A stretch of DNA of 64,000 bases from positions 258,373 to 322,372 of the IMG/VR virus record IMGVR_UViG_3300031951_000001; one strand, 5' to 3'. Each line of letters starts with the position of its first letter. Position 1 is the stretch's first letter. A model generated the notes under the pieces. The model saw only the letters and a list, made by a program, of their open reading frames with translations, ran no database searches and was not told the DNA's origin. Positions 11,274 to 22,600 of this stretch are shown in pieces. A program made the translations under genes and the position numbers.

Positions 11274-13679
11274 ATGGGATATATACTCAAAAATACGTCA
11301 GGATTAATAAATACAAAACTTACTGACGCAGGACGAAAAAAATTATCACAAGGTAAATTCAATATTACCTATTTTCAAATAGGTGATAGTGAAGTTTCGT
11401 ACAATGGACTTGAGGATTTTTACAATCAATTTGACACAAATATTCTTGAAGCCGGATTCAACGACCATAATTCTGCCGGAGTACCACAATCAAACAAACA
11501 GTACGTAAAATACCCTTATTATGTTGATGGTAATGGTGGAAACACCTATGGAATTCCTTACATGGATTCAATAGTAAGTCCTGTGTATAATACGGCAGTA
11601 ATGAGAGGATTTTTTAATGCTGATACGTCATTTTTACCAACCTCATGGACTGTTTTAACAAATGGGCAATATGTGGTTAATTCTAACTATGTATCAAATA
11701 TGTCAACTATCAATGGTACTAACACTATTGAGTTAATATATAACGCATGTAACGCTAATACTTTAAGATTACCACAAGCCGGTGATATTGTAACTATTTA
11801 CTACGATGGTGCCGGATTTAATAATTGTGGATGTAATCCGATACAATATCCACCTTCAGCAACTCCTCCACCGTCACCATCGGCGTCAGCTGCGGTACCC
11901 GAACCATTCCCATGTTTAGTTACGCCAACACCTACCCCATCAAACCCACCATGTCCTGAACCAACACCAGTGCCATTATGTCCTCCTGAACCGGTTGCCA
12001 CTTGTGAGATGACAATGTCAAGTTGTTATCATATTTTAACTTATAGAATAGTAGAAGTGTGTGGTGGTAGTATAGTTTTAGATAGACCGGCACCCGATTT
12101 TACAGTATTTAATAGTTCATGCTATGCTAGAATATTAATATATCCACCTAACATGACGGAGATATATGATAGTTACACACCACAAGCCCATTGGAATGAT
12201 GATGTAATCAATTTTGAATCAATATGTGGTTATGACCAATTTGATGTTAAAATATGGAATATGAATATTCCTTGGTCTGAAGACCCTGCCGGATTAATAC
12301 CTTCTTTATACAAAGGGTATTCCTATTTTAATTCAAGAAGTTATATTGGGTCAAAAGAATTCTTTGGTTATATGTCAACAAGCGGACAAACTGATAGTAG
12401 TTCAGTTTATTTTTATAATTCATTTGATGATAGGATAACAATTACCCCAGAAGAACAAAAGGCTATTGCAATTGTCCATTACACAAATAAAACCATAGAT
12501 TTATTTTATGGTGAAAAATTTGCAATGGAGTCAATTGACCCTGATAATCCGGTAGAAACCACGGGACAAGCAAGAAACTTCAAAGTACATCTCCCATGGA
12601 TTATGTGGCATAAAAATCCTAATTGTTGCCAAGGACAAACATTTTATGTTGACCCCGAAGGATTCGACAATCTAAATTTATTCCAAGTTCATTATCTAAC
12701 GTCTAACAAGAATGAGGATATGAACGACCCTGGCATGAGATATTATCATTTATGGGACACTAATGCGAATGATGATGGATACCCAAGCAGAGTCGGTAAA
12801 GTATTCCCTGACCATAAGTTGGTTATTTTTGACGATGATGAGATAATTGCGGCTATGTCCTATAAATCGAATAGAAACTGGACTTTACCGGCACCTAGAA
12901 TTTCATTAGTTGCACCTAATACTTGTGGTGATGATAATGCGTCAACAACAGGAATATTATCAGGTAGTAATCAAACAATGTATATTACATACAGATTTAC
13001 TAACAATGTTAATTTTACAAATTCATTACACTGTAATTATTATATTAGACAACAAGGACCTAATTTAGATTGTGGTAACCCAATATCACAAAATGTGAGT
13101 GTAAGATTTGGTCCTGAGTTTCCGTGTTTATCATGTGTAGGGTGCGGCGGCGGATGTGTTATGACATCAGGGTTCTTTGCTGAAAATATTGAAATAATCT
13201 GTCAAATAGTTGAAGGAAATCAAAGACCAATTCCTGACGAATGGAAAATAATTGATTTTACATCTCAAATAAGTAATACAATTGTAGATGGATGTATTTT
13301 ACAAAGTGGATTAACCGCATCTACATTTGTAATCACTCAAGAATTATATGACGCCGCTGATTATTATAATCTCAACGATTATATTCCTATGGTTAGTTTA
13401 AACCCATCTGGTCAAACCTTAAATTTTGGTGATGAGTATTATTTCTATGGTAATATAGAAACGGATATTCAAGCAACCATTTATGAGATGAGGTATAAGG
13501 TTAATTTGAGTTTCTCTGAATTTTTGGTACCGTCTAATCCTACTTACAATGGTGGTAGTAGTTACATTACCGACATTGGTCTTTACGATAATGAAAAAAA
13601 TCTTATGATTATATCGAAAATGCAGTCACCTGTATTAAGACAGGGTATTCAGCAATTTTTGGTAAAATTTGATTTTTAA
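11274..13679 (+). CDS. Tail-collar/baseplate fibre-attachment-like protein with a large insertion
   Basis: N-term 'KLTDAGRKKLSQG...ITYFQIGD' and C-term 'ITDIGLYDNEKNLMIISK' resemble the two ends of phage tail-collar fibre (DUF3751-like) domains; Pro/Cys-rich middle. Confidence 0.55.
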   Translation: MGYILKNTSGLINTKLTDAGRKKLSQGKFNITYFQIGDSEVSYNGLEDFYNQFDTNILEAGFNDHNSAGVPQSNKQYVKYPYYVDGNGGNTYGIPYMDSIVSPVYNTAVMRGFFNADTSFLPTSWTVLTNGQYVVNSNYVSNMSTINGTNTIELIYNACNANTLRLPQAGDIVTIYYDGAGFNNCGCNPIQYPPSATPPPSPSASAAVPEPFPCLVTPTPTPSNPPCPEPTPVPLCPPEPVATCEMTMSSCYHILTYRIVEVCGGSIVLDRPAPDFTVFNSSCYARILIYPPNMTEIYDSYTPQAHWNDDVINFESICGYDQFDVKIWNMNIPWSEDPAGLIPSLYKGYSYFNSRSYIGSKEFFGYMSTSGQTDSSSVYFYNSFDDRITITPEEQKAIAIVHYTNKTIDLFYGEKFAMESIDPDNPVETTGQARNFKVHLPWIMWHKNPNCCQGQTFYVDPEGFDNLNLFQVHYLTSNKNEDMNDPGMRYYHLWDTNANDDGYPSRVGKVFPDHKLVIFDDDEIIAAMSYKSNRNWTLPAPRISLVAPNTCGDDNASTTGILSGSNQTMYITYRFTNNVNFTNSLHCNYYIRQQGPNLDCGNPISQNVSVRFGPEFPCLSCVGCGGGCVMTSGFFAENIEIICQIVEGNQRPIPDEWKIIDFTSQISNTIVDGCILQSGLTASTFVITQELYDAADYYNLNDYIPMVSLNPSGQTLNFGDEYYFYGNIETDIQATIYEMRYKVNLSFSEFLVPSNPTYNGGSSYITDIGLYDNEKNLMIISKMQSPVLRQGIQQFLVKFDF

Positions 13680-13682
13680 TCT

Positions 13683-14282
13683 ATGAAACAAACATTAAAG
13701 GAAAGTCCAAAAGTTCTTGGATTAGATGTGAGCACGAAAACAATAGGGTGGGCCTTGTTTGATATTCAGACAAAACAATTACTAGAATTAACTCACATAT
13801 CACCAATTCCTAAACCAAAAGAGGATAATAAAATCAAAGAACTCCTTTTGAAAAGTGAAATTTTCAGAACAAAACTAGAAAAGTATGTAGGTCTTGGAAT
13901 TACAAATGTAATTATAGAAGAACCATTATTAAACTCTAATAATGTTTATACCATTCAGACACTTTTAAGATATAACACACTTATAACTAAAGAGATATAT
14001 GATGTGTTAGGTATTGTACCGGAATTTATATCAACATATAATTCACGTAAATCGGCGTTTCCTGAACTAGTTAGACAAAACGACAAAAACAAATACGTCC
14101 TATTCGGAGGATATCCTAAAGATTGTGATAAGAAACAAATAATTTGGGACTTGGTGGCCAAGAGAGAACCTCAAATTCAATGGCAATACACAAGAAACAA
14201 TACGCTCAAAAAGGAAAATTTTGACCAATCTGATGCGTATTGTTGCGTGTTAGGATATATGAAACAAGAAAGTATTTGGTAA
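13683..14282 (+). CDS. ruvC: RuvC-like Holliday junction resolvase
   Basis: RNase H-fold catalytic pattern: 'LGLDVSTKTIGWA', 'VIIEEP', 'DQSDAY'. Confidence 0.8.
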   Translation: MKQTLKESPKVLGLDVSTKTIGWALFDIQTKQLLELTHISPIPKPKEDNKIKELLLKSEIFRTKLEKYVGLGITNVIIEEPLLNSNNVYTIQTLLRYNTLITKEIYDVLGIVPEFISTYNSRKSAFPELVRQNDKNKYVLFGGYPKDCDKKQIIWDLVAKREPQIQWQYTRNNTLKKENFDQSDAYCCVLGYMKQESIW

Positions 14283-14849
14283 TTACCACATTGTAAAAAG
14301 AATAGGGATTTCTTCATCCAAGATAATTGTATCATTATTGGTAACAACATTCTTTGGTTTTACCCAAAAATCTTGGTAATTCTGCACCACTCCATTTCTA
14401 GCGTATGCGTTGATAACCGGTTTTCCCGTGTTGTATGTTCCCAAAACCTTTTTCCAATCCTTATATTTCTTATAATGTAAAGATAAACACCTCATAGACA
14501 CATATACGTTTAGCTCAATACTATCTTTAAGCTCCTGACGTTTAACAGGAAATCCGGCAAAATAAGAAGCGTATTGTGGCATAATCTGCATGGCCCCAAC
14601 CGCACCTGCACTTGAAACTTGTTTATGGTTATAATCTTTATGATGAGGTCCTCGATATCCGGTCTCAATTCTTGCTACGTTGAAAGCAATATGAATGGGA
14701 ATGTTAAATGAGTCGGCGTATAAAATAATTGCCGAATACATTTTTTCGGCATTGTTCTGTGGTTTTGGTTTAATAGGTTTAGTTACCAAAGAGGCATAAA
14801 CAATAACAGATAAAAATGTGCCCGCCAATAAATAAGTTAGTTTTTTCAT
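14283..14849 (-). CDS. Lytic transglycosylase (SLT domain) with N-terminal signal/anchor
   Basis: 'ARIETG', 'SSAGAVGAMQIMP', 'TYNTG'; hydrophobic N-terminus. Confidence 0.85.
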   Translation of the reverse strand: MKKLTYLLAGTFLSVIVYASLVTKPIKPKPQNNAEKMYSAIILYADSFNIPIHIAFNVARIETGYRGPHHKDYNHKQVSSAGAVGAMQIMPQYASYFAGFPVKRQELKDSIELNVYVSMRCLSLHYKKYKDWKKVLGTYNTGKPVINAYARNGVVQNYQDFWVKPKNVVTNNDTIILDEEIPILFTMW

Positions 14850-14867
14850 AGTTTTTAGTTTTTAGTG

Positions 14868-15722
14868 TTAAGATAAATATTGTCTAATATCCATAGAAAA
14901 CACCGTATCGAGGACATCTTGGGGTACTCTGAACTCCTCGAAATCGGAATTTTCTTTCAGTAACACAATGATACAACCAAAAATTTTAATATCCTCATAC
15001 TTTGACCCTTTTAACATTTCCTTAAGTAACTTTCCATAAAATGGTAGCTGTAAGAAGTAGTGTCCTAACGCATTATCGGGATGTTTTTGAAATGGGGACT
15101 TCATTCTTTTGGTAAATTGGTTCTCCTCAAAATTTTTTGGCTTGTTTGTCTTCCAATCTGTTATGATAATACCAACACTTTTTTTATCCCTACTTTCAAT
15201 TAACCAAACTTTATCAGGTTGTCCAGTATATCCAAGACCCGGGTCACCCAAAACAATCTCCGTATCCAAAAGTTCAGCACCTCGTTCTCTCATAAGTTTG
15301 AGGTAATTGGTTCCGGCATTAATCATACTATCCCCCTTTAGTGTTTGAGTAAAATCACACTCAAACATAGGTTCCCTAACCTCCTTGTCATGTCCAAACA
15401 TTTCAAGTATTTTTTTCTCCAAGAAAAAATGGACCCTACTACCCATATTGGTTGAGTAATCACCAGCGGCTTTCCACTCGGCAAGTAATCGTTGTTGCTC
15501 AATAATATCACCTTTTGCTTTCTTTAGTGATATCTCCTCTGCGGGAAATTCCTCGTAAAACTTTTTTAATAGTTTAGATACTGAAGGGAAGTCACCTTTA
15601 ATTTCACCACTCAAATCTTTCATAAAGTATTTGTGTTCCTCTTCTATGAAAGTTAAATCAATCTCCTTCCGTCTTTTGTGTAATATTTCCCTTATTTCTT
15701 CTGATAATTTCTTTAATTCCAT
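14868..15722 (-). CDS. PD-(D/E)XK exonuclease (Cas4/RecB-like fold)
   Basis: 'PSVSKLL', 'GSRVH', 'TEIVL...GQPDKVW...ITDWKT', 'LQLPFYG'; ATG at 15722 preferred over the track's 15758. Confidence 0.8.
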   Translation of the reverse strand: MELKKLSEEIREILHKRRKEIDLTFIEEEHKYFMKDLSGEIKGDFPSVSKLLKKFYEEFPAEEISLKKAKGDIIEQQRLLAEWKAAGDYSTNMGSRVHFFLEKKILEMFGHDKEVREPMFECDFTQTLKGDSMINAGTNYLKLMRERGAELLDTEIVLGDPGLGYTGQPDKVWLIESRDKKSVGIIITDWKTNKPKNFEENQFTKRMKSPFQKHPDNALGHYFLQLPFYGKLLKEMLKGSKYEDIKIFGCIIVLLKENSDFEEFRVPQDVLDTVFSMDIRQYLS

Positions 15723-16065
15723 TTTTAATTTTTTTTGGCATATACCAAATGCCTTCAATTATTGTCATCAAATCCATTAAGATGTGAGCTAAACTGAAAA
15801 CAATGGCATAATATGTTATTTTATGTACAAGTAGTTTTTCAACGGTTACAATATGGTCATCACCGTAATGTTCCTTCAGTAAATGAACTCTATGGTGACC
15901 ATCCATAATTTTATTTTTTCTATCTACTAGTATTCTACCTTTAGTTTCATCAAATTTTTTATTTGATAAATCATCAACCAATTCCGTCTTTGACTCATCA
16001 AATTCAGTTTTTTTGGTGAATTTCAAATTCCCAACTTTAATCTTACGTTTCCTTGTTAAAAACAT
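15658..16065 (-). CDS. ParB/Srx-like domain protein with a C-terminal hydrophobic segment
   Basis: 'ILVDRKNKIMDGHHR' ParB-N motif. Confidence 0.55.
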   Translation of the reverse strand: MFLTRKRKIKVGNLKFTKKTEFDESKTELVDDLSNKKFDETKGRILVDRKNKIMDGHHRVHLLKEHYGDDHIVTVEKLLVHKITYYAIVFSLAHILMDLMTIIEGIWYMPKKIKNGIKEIIRRNKGNITQKTEGD

Positions 16066-16968
16066 TTAATCTTTAATTTGAACATAATATTCATCTATCT
16101 GACCCTTCAAATCACACACGTCTTTATCTTTAGGTAGATGAACAATTTTTATTTTTCCGTACAATTTACCACCATTAAGCTCACGGTATAATTTAACCGC
16201 GTTATCATAGGCGTCACCATCCAAAGCGATTATAATATTCTTTTTAACCTTATCATATAGAGTGTTAAACAACAACTCACTCATGTGCTTTCCAAGCATC
16301 GGAATACTGTTAGGTAAGAAAAATCCATCGAACACGCCCTCAACAAGATAGATATCCTTTTTCCAATCTATTAGGTGTTGATTGAAGATTATCTTATCCT
16401 TCTCGGCTTGGGGATTTTTGTATTTGGCTCTCGACTTTGGGTCCCAACTTCTTGCAATATAATAATTCAACTCACCCTCAATATCATATGAAGGTACGAT
16501 AACCCTACCGGCATGACTACCGTTATCACAGAACCCTATTGAATACCTTTCGATAATCTCGTCAGTTATTCCTCTAGTTTTCAGGTAATTATACGCTTGT
16601 TTATATACAGGATAGATTGGGTTAGAATCTTTAAACATAACAAAACTTTCAGGCAATCTTAACTTTTGTTTTGGTTTTTCCTTTGGTTTGGTGTCCTCAG
16701 GTTGAAAAAGTTTGTAGACCTTCTTATGTTTCTTGTTTCCGTAGATGTCAATAAGTTTACCGAGTGAGCCGTGGGTACTATTGGTTTCAGCACAACTCCA
16801 ACATTTATATACGTGTTGTAAGTAATTGATTTCGAGGTTACCTTTGTTTCTCTCTTCGTCACATACGGGGCAATTAAAGGAGATTTGTCCTCGGTGTTCG
16901 TAGTGATGTCTCTCATCACCAAGGATTTCTCTCAATAATTCAACCAATATTTCTTTTTCATCTGACAT
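16066..16968 (-). CDS. DNA primase (zinc finger + TOPRIM)
   Basis: CPVC...CWSC zinc finger, 'YLKTRGI', 'YIARS', 'KYKNP', 'LVEGVFD', 'ALDGDA', 'KDVCD'. Confidence 0.9.
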   Translation of the reverse strand: MSDEKEILVELLREILGDERHHYEHRGQISFNCPVCDEERNKGNLEINYLQHVYKCWSCAETNSTHGSLGKLIDIYGNKKHKKVYKLFQPEDTKPKEKPKQKLRLPESFVMFKDSNPIYPVYKQAYNYLKTRGITDEIIERYSIGFCDNGSHAGRVIVPSYDIEGELNYYIARSWDPKSRAKYKNPQAEKDKIIFNQHLIDWKKDIYLVEGVFDGFFLPNSIPMLGKHMSELLFNTLYDKVKKNIIIALDGDAYDNAVKLYRELNGGKLYGKIKIVHLPKDKDVCDLKGQIDEYYVQIKD

Positions 16969-17029
16969 CAGGTAAAAATAAGGGATAAATTAGATACAAT
17001 CAACCTTCACAAGTTTTATCAACCTATTA

Positions 17030-17036
17030 TATTTAT
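17030..17036 (+). promoter_or_regulatory. TATTTAT putative late-promoter motif
   Basis: In the divergent intergenic region, 18 nt before ATG 17055. Confidence 0.5.
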
Positions 17037-17054
17037 GAATATAAAAAATTCATA

Positions 17055-17270
17055 ATGCCAACTGAAGTTATTATCAACGAATTATCAGGTCAAAGTCCAT
17101 TTAATATTTATTTATGTGATAACCCAACAACATCTTGTGTGTTTATCGATACAATCACCTCGGCACCTTATAGTTTCGCAATTCCTGATATATTCAATGG
17201 TCAAGTTTCTTTTAACTTAAAAATAACAACAAATGGTGGTTGTGAAACGTTTCAAACATTGAATTTATAA
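17055..17270 (+). CDS. Small Cys-containing protein homologous to the N-terminus of the 1481 aa protein
   Basis: 'SGQSPFNIYLCD...C' and 'KITTNGGCE' align with '[13 protein letters not shown]...C' and 'KIITADGCE' at 19609. Confidence 0.7.
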   Translation: MPTEVIINELSGQSPFNIYLCDNPTTSCVFIDTITSAPYSFAIPDIFNGQVSFNLKITTNGGCETFQTLNL

Positions 17271-17271
17271 C

Positions 17272-19545
17272 ATGGCAGCACCAACAACACCTTGTGCATA
17301 TACAACCCTATGCGTCTATGATACAGGATTTCCACAATGGGACGACACCTATACTAGGTCAGGAAGTTATAATGGTAACTACTATTATATAGGTAATACA
17401 AACGGATATGTAATTTTTTTAAGTGATAACGGATGGTGTCTTTCTGATTATATTGATGGACAATGTTTTTTGAGCGGTAAGTCATGTTACAGAACTTGTC
17501 CTGATTTTTGTGATGATTATTTTACCAACGGAACTTGTCCCCCACCAGAACCCCCACCACCTGTTAACCCTTGTAATATAATTGATTTTGATGCTATATT
17601 CAATTGCGATGTACCATCACCCACACCACCACCTACACCTCAATGTGGTGATAAAATAACAATTTCTGCGACTTCACCAACTTCAACAATTGAATTTGAA
17701 CCTGATACTGATATTGTTTATACTAATCAAGGTACAATATTCCATAGCCCTTTTAATTTTAATGGTACTAGTCCCGGTAATATATATTTGGCGGTTTCTA
17801 CAACTCAACCGGTGTGGAAAAGAATTGATTCTACTGATGGGCCATTAAATAGAACTGGATTGTGGACCAATCAACCTAATGATAGACCTTACGACACTTG
17901 GTTAGGATTTACTGTTTGTATAAATGTTTCTGAAACTAAAACTTATTGGGTTGGATTAGCGGGGGACAATAATTTTAGAATCTCTATTGATGGTCAAACT
18001 ATTGTAAATACAATAAGCGGACCTTATGATGGTGATACATTTGCCTTTATTTTTTGGCATGTATATCCAATAACATTAACTGCAGGAGACCATGTTGTTG
18101 AATTATTTGGATTAAATAATGGGGCTTCCGGTGCGTTTGGTTGCGAAATTTATAACAACACTATTGATGAATTGACCGGAGCAACCCAAGTTTCTGATTT
18201 GGATATAATATTCACATCCGCTGGCCAAACAGAGGCGACTATAGTGCAGAATTTATCAGGTCAATATCTGGCCAGTGGATATACATGTCCTGTAGGATAT
18301 ACTTTTGACCCCTGTACCATTTCATGTTTTACAATTATACCTCCATGTTCCCCAACACCAACTCAAACTCCCACCGCAACAGTATTCTGCCCATTATCGG
18401 TTAATGCCTCAATTTCGTCTTACACTCCAACACAAACACCAACACCGACCCAAACTCCTACATTACCTGAAACGATTACCCGAGGATGTGGATTTTTGGG
18501 TGACGTTACCTTTAATACTATAAATTCTGTTATAGACTGTCCGGTAAGTTTAGAATTTCAAGATTGTTACAATGGATTAACATATTACACAACTAATTCA
18601 CTCTCAAGGCCTGAAGGTGGCACTTTAGAAAAGTTTATGATTTATCAGGCGAATATTGACGGAATAAGAAAGTGTGTTTCTTTCGTCGGTATAAACCAAA
18701 ACATTATAGGAAGTAGTAATGTTACTCTTATCTCTAATTTGATAGGGTATTCTAATTTAGGTGAATGTACTAATTGTTTAGGAATACTTACCCCGACCCC
18801 AACACCAACACCATCAATAACCCCAACAATTACATTAACTTCGTCATCTAATAAACCAGCACCACCGGCACCATCACAAAGCCCAACCGTTACCCCTTCT
18901 AAACAAGTATTATATTATACGTATGAAAGATGTGGTACTTACACAAGAGTTTGTCAACCAATGCCGGCAATCTCAAATCAATCAATAGGTACTGTATTCA
19001 AAGTAGGTAATGCGGGACAATTCGCGAATACTTGTTGGGAGCTAGTTAGTGTAACATCTGTTTGTAATACATCTAACCCTAATTATAATACAATCACATA
19101 TACTACAAACGCATTTTCGATAATCAATAATGTTTTATATACCGACTGTAGTAAGTGCTCATCCAATACACAAACGGCCCCACCCCAACCACCACCACCT
19201 AGTTTAACGCCTACAAGAACTCCAACACCTACTAAAGCACCACAATCGGCACCAATACAAGCGTGTAAACCCCATACGGTTATAGTATCAACAGGACCAT
19301 GTAATATATGTTACCATCCGGCTGTTTCTGCGTTATACCCACTACCTGCCAATACGACTATGTATTCTCCGAGCGACTTTTTAATACCTGGTTCTCAGTT
19401 GTACATAAACTCAACCTGTACAACACCCATACCTCCTTTCCAATACATCAAAGCCCTTTCATCATCAGGAGGTGCAATAACTCCGACTATGATATCTTTT
19501 GGTGGAGGAATAATAAGTAATTACTCATGTTCGATATGTTATTAG
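17272..19545 (+). CDS. Cys-rich, Pro/Thr-linker protein with a PA14-like domain
   Basis: 757 aa; 'YWVGLAGDNNFRISIDGQTIV...ITLTAGDHVVEL' resembles PA14; TP tracts. Confidence 0.55.
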   Translation: MAAPTTPCAYTTLCVYDTGFPQWDDTYTRSGSYNGNYYYIGNTNGYVIFLSDNGWCLSDYIDGQCFLSGKSCYRTCPDFCDDYFTNGTCPPPEPPPPVNPCNIIDFDAIFNCDVPSPTPPPTPQCGDKITISATSPTSTIEFEPDTDIVYTNQGTIFHSPFNFNGTSPGNIYLAVSTTQPVWKRIDSTDGPLNRTGLWTNQPNDRPYDTWLGFTVCINVSETKTYWVGLAGDNNFRISIDGQTIVNTISGPYDGDTFAFIFWHVYPITLTAGDHVVELFGLNNGASGAFGCEIYNNTIDELTGATQVSDLDIIFTSAGQTEATIVQNLSGQYLASGYTCPVGYTFDPCTISCFTIIPPCSPTPTQTPTATVFCPLSVNASISSYTPTQTPTPTQTPTLPETITRGCGFLGDVTFNTINSVIDCPVSLEFQDCYNGLTYYTTNSLSRPEGGTLEKFMIYQANIDGIRKCVSFVGINQNIIGSSNVTLISNLIGYSNLGECTNCLGILTPTPTPTPSITPTITLTSSSNKPAPPAPSQSPTVTPSKQVLYYTYERCGTYTRVCQPMPAISNQSIGTVFKVGNAGQFANTCWELVSVTSVCNTSNPNYNTITYTTNAFSIINNVLYTDCSKCSSNTQTAPPQPPPPSLTPTRTPTPTKAPQSAPIQACKPHTVIVSTGPCNICYHPAVSALYPLPANTTMYSPSDFLIPGSQLYINSTCTTPIPPFQYIKALSSSGGAITPTMISFGGGIISNYSCSICY

Positions 19546-19578
19546 AACAAATAAACCAACATAAAACGATTAATTAAT

Positions 19579-19586
19579 TATTTATA
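19579..19586 (+). promoter_or_regulatory. TATTTATA putative late-promoter motif
   Basis: Intergenic, 22 nt before ATG 19609. Confidence 0.5.
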
Positions 19587-19608
19587 AGAAAACGTTTGGT
19601 AGTTAAAG

Positions 19609-22600
19609 ATGGATACTATAAGTTTATTTAACATATCGGGTGTTAATCCTCCATTCATAATATACATATGTGATATTTACGGCGATAATTGTGTCGAAGT
19701 TGCTATAGTAAATAACTTTGTTCCCCCGATTATTACACTTAATGTCCCTATAGTTTTCCAAGACTCGGCGGCGGTTGGTGTTAAAATAATAACCGCGGAC
19801 GGATGTGAAAGATTAGAAACTGTTTTATGTAGTATTATAACCACCCCAACCCCTACAATATCGATAACACCAACGATTACCCCTACAATCACCCCAACTA
19901 TTACTGAAACACCTACAATCACCCCAACTATTAGTATTACCCCAACTATTACCCCGACGGTTACTGAAACACTCACACAAACTCCAACCAATACACAAAC
20001 TCCAACAATAACTAATACGGAGACACCAACTAATACGGTAACACCAACCTTAACCCCAACACCTACGAATAATGGTTGTTTTTGTTACTTTGTTGATATT
20101 ACCCAGTTAGATATCAATAGAGCTAGCGGTAATACTGAAACAACTGCAAATGGTGTTGTTAATTTAGTGTATTATGATTGTTCCGAGGGTATTATAACCT
20201 CTGCAATTACTGGAAGTGGAATTTATTATATCTGTAACAATCCATCGGAAACTATAGATGGGTTTAGTATTCCGGTACTATTGAATTACAGTCAAAATAA
20301 TTTTAGTTATAGTAATGTATTCACACCATTATCATTCTCTAGTACGTTTTTTACAGATTATTCAACTTGTTCACAAAGCGGGGATTGTGTTTTGCCAAGT
20401 AGCACCCCAACACCAACTCCAACCCCTACAGTAACTAATAATGGTTGTTTTTGTTATTTTGTTAATATTTCGGCAATTGATTTAGCAAATGCTATAAACA
20501 ATACCAATCCCTCATTTGATGGTGTTGTAAATATTCTATACATAGATTGTAAAGGGGTACTACAAAGACTTACTATATCTTCTCCTGGTATAACTGTTAT
20601 ATGTAACAATGTTCAATCTTCTATTAACTCATTCGGAATAGATGTTTATATAACATATTCTAATAACGATGAGTCTTATAATAATAGAAATGATATAATC
20701 CAAAGTTTTTATACCACTGATAATACCAATTGTACTGAGGCTTCTTCATGTGTTCCACCAACCCCTACTTCTACTAAAACACCAACCGCCACCCCAACAG
20801 GTACTGCGACGATAACCCCTACAAATACATTAACTCAAACACAAACACCCACTACAACATCAACATCAACGCAAACACCGACCGCAACACCAAGTCCATT
20901 CCCATCAAGAACTCCAAGTAATAGCCCAACACCCACAGTAACACCAACTGTAACACCATCACTAACTGTTTCAGGTTTCCCAACAGAAACGCCAACCTCG
21001 ACCCAAACACCTACCGTTACTCCAACAGTGACCCAAACACCCACTAATACTTTAACATCAACACCAACAGTTACTGAAACCCCGACCAATACTGTCACAC
21101 AGACTCTGAGTCCAACTAGTACCGTAACATCAACATCAACTCAAACACAAACTCAAACTCCTACAGAAACAGTTACTAATACCCCTACAGTGACTCAAAC
21201 ACAAACTCAAACTGTTACAATCACAGAAAGCCCAACGAATACCCCCACAATAACTGAAAGCCCAACAAATACCCCAACAATCACATCAACTCCTACTGAA
21301 ACATCTACTCCGACATCTACCAATACTAATACTCCGACCAGTACGAGTACATTAACAGTGACCCCAACAACAACTCAAACTGTCGCATCTACTAATACAC
21401 CAACACAGACACCTACCGCAACTGTTACTGAAACTCAAACACCAACGCCAACTAATACTAACACATCAACACCTACTAATACTAACACATCAACACCTAC
21501 TAATACTGTAACCGTAACTGAAACTAAAACACCAACGCCAACCAAAACACCAATTAATTGTAATTGTATTGAGTTTTTCGCCGCTGCGGGTGGAGCTGTT
21601 ATATCTTATAATAAATGTGATGGAACTTCAGTTACTAATTTATTCGTACCTGGAGGGTCTACGGTTAAGGATTGTATTATAAATGAAGAATATACAATAA
21701 CATCTGGTGTAATAGTAACTAATTTTGGTTCATGTATCGACAATTCATGTCCTACTCCGACACCAACACCTACCACCACCGAGACCCCAACAAATACGGT
21801 AACACCAACTCCGACCACTACTGAAACTCCGACTAGTACAGAGACCCCAACAAATACCGTTACCCCAACTCCGACTATAACAGTCACTCCAACTAAAACT
21901 GAATTTAAACCTCTAAACTTATGGTTTAGTGGTTGTTGTCAACCAGGACAAATCATTCAATTATATGAAGTTCCTGGTGAAATAGGTCAAACCATAATTG
22001 AAGGAGATGTTTATTATATTGAATCACCACAGTTCAAGGGATGCGCGACTAATATAGCTCAAACTCTAACGGATTTACAATACTTGTATTTGAATATTAC
22101 TAATCAATTCACTTGCCAAGATTGTATAGATTCAAATCCTTGTCCAACATCTACACCTACTCCGACACCAACCGAAACTCCAACTCAAACACCAACTCAA
22201 ACACCAACTACAACTCAAACGCCAACCGAAACAAATACCCCAACAGTAACTCAAACACAAACAAGTACAATCACTAGTACTCCAACAAACACGGTTACTA
22301 ATACTCAAACTCAAACAGTTACACAGACAGTGACTGTTACTGAAACGATAACAAGTACTCCTACTCAAACAAATACAACAACTAATACTCCAACTCAAAC
22401 CAGTACAGTTACCAACACATCGACCCCAACATCAACAGAGACATCTACGCCTACGCCAACCAACACTACAACATCTACACCTACAACAACAGAAACACCC
22501 ACACCTACCCCAACACCAACGACAACACAAACACCAACCATAACCTCAACTTCAACACAAACACCAACAGTCACACCAACTAATACTATTACCGTTACGC

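Noticed and set aside
13683-14282. RuvC domain as TnpB/Cas12 or a transposase
   Set aside because: Only 199 aa, with no zinc finger, REC region or IS ends; it fits a plain resolvase
14868-15722. Cas4-like nuclease as evidence of a CRISPR-Cas system
   Set aside because: No array or other cas genes, and no Fe-S Cys cluster; stand-alone PD-(D/E)XK nucleases are common in phages
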